64,000 nucleotides of DNA from Mytilus trossulus. Its lineage: Eukaryota. Below, one piece after another: positions 63,009 to 64,000 of the stretch; within the stretch, counting starts at the first letter, position 1; each line of letters opens with the position of its first letter. A model generated the notes under the pieces. The model was not told the origin of the DNA. It did not search any database and worked only from the letters and a program-made list of their open reading frames with translations. The DNA is taken from NCBI RefSeq assembly GCF_036588685.1, contig NC_086382.1, positions 77,128,001 to 77,192,000 on the forward strand, given 5' to 3'. The translations under genes and the position numbers were made by a program.

Positions 63009-63131
63009 GTAAAGGCAGTATTTATAGATACTAGGGCTGCCTCTGCACCAGCCAATATTCTGCCGAGATCTAAACCTTTATTACATAGAATACAAGCTAA
63101 GGATCCGATAGAATTAGAAAATGAGGGCTAT
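63009..63131 (+). CDS. PPP1R32: PPP1R32 coding exon 3; gene continues right of the window
   Basis: VKAVFIDTRAASAPANILPRSKPLLHRIQAKDPIELENEGY; 123 nt, AG/GT. Confidence 0.8.
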
Positions 63132-64000
63132 GTAAGTTTTTAAAGCTGGTGTGACTAATGGCCAACAATTCACATGTTTTGACATAGCACTGGAAGAAAC
63201 GGTTACAAGCTCATCAAATTTCATGATTCTTGAGGACACTGGCACGTTTTTACACTCAAGTACTCTTTGGATTAAGAAAGAGATGATATCATAATAATAC
63301 ACTGAAAATCCAGTCTCTTACAGTAATGTACAACCAGTTAACTAGTATTGAATGTTAAATTTCCAATTTCCAGTGACTCAGTTAGTGAGTTGCATTTTCA
63401 ATCATTTTAGTTACTTTTTATATTCATATTTATAATTAAGTTGTACAAAAAACTTGAAAATTTGCATTTCTTTCAATGATATAATGTACAAATGACATTC
63501 TTATTTCAATTTATAATTGTAGAATCCTGTACTTTATATTGTTTTTGATGCACTTTTATTATAGTTTTGCACACTTTGTAGTCCTAACACAACCAATACC
63601 TAGCAATGCACTTTATACACACATATTCTTCTATGTACACTAGTAATACACATTACTCACATTTATTTTATTTATGTCCAGATGGGTTGACTTGTTTGCC
63701 AGTATAGCTGTCATTAAAGATAGTATTCAGCATGTGATGTATATTTATACTGACTTGACTTCTGTTCATATAAAAGTGTAACTTTCACTGTTATTATATA
63801 ATATGCATATTGGGTGAATTCGTATAAGTTGGACTAATTTGAAATCAAACCCTTACAATCATTTAGGATATTCTTAAGATAATGACAGACATGCTTGTCC
63901 AGACCAGACCTTACAGTTAAAGATATTTTGCGTATGATTCGTTAACAGTCTCAGTATTTGAACCTTTGAAATTCTAGACTTGGCACATGGTGTTTTGAGC

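Overview
AT-rich eukaryotic (invertebrate) genomic DNA. The repeat families (type I hammerhead retrozymes, a Penelope-like RT fragment, Helentron-like and SINE-like repeats) point to a bivalve, probably Mytilus; this is an inference. Host genes: (1) the first coding exon of an acyl-CoA oxidase-family gene (- strand, 5481-5994; the rest lies left of the window); (2) a complete 10-exon RPF2 gene (- strand, 57734 to 37455, 313 aa, all junctions GT-AG and in phase); (3) head-to-head with it, the first three coding exons of PPP1R32/SAXO4 (+ strand), behind an RFX X-box. Between them is a dense mobile-element region: a solo LTR; a TA-flanked foldback element carrying a nested 9-bp-TSD MITE; a 3.75-kb CACTGTG-ended, 5-bp-TSD Transib/RAG-like non-autonomous element; a full-length CR1/L2-group LINE interrupted by a very young 4.7-kb LTR element that encodes only Gag-protease-C2H2 finger; and an intronless HELQ retropseudogene whose coding sequence has seeded a 94-bp satellite next to a 366-nt retrozyme. 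The most striking structure is RPF2 exon 7, which sits between about 70 tandem copies of its own splice acceptor and about 45 tandem copies of its own splice donor. All comparisons were made by eye, so copy numbers are approximate.
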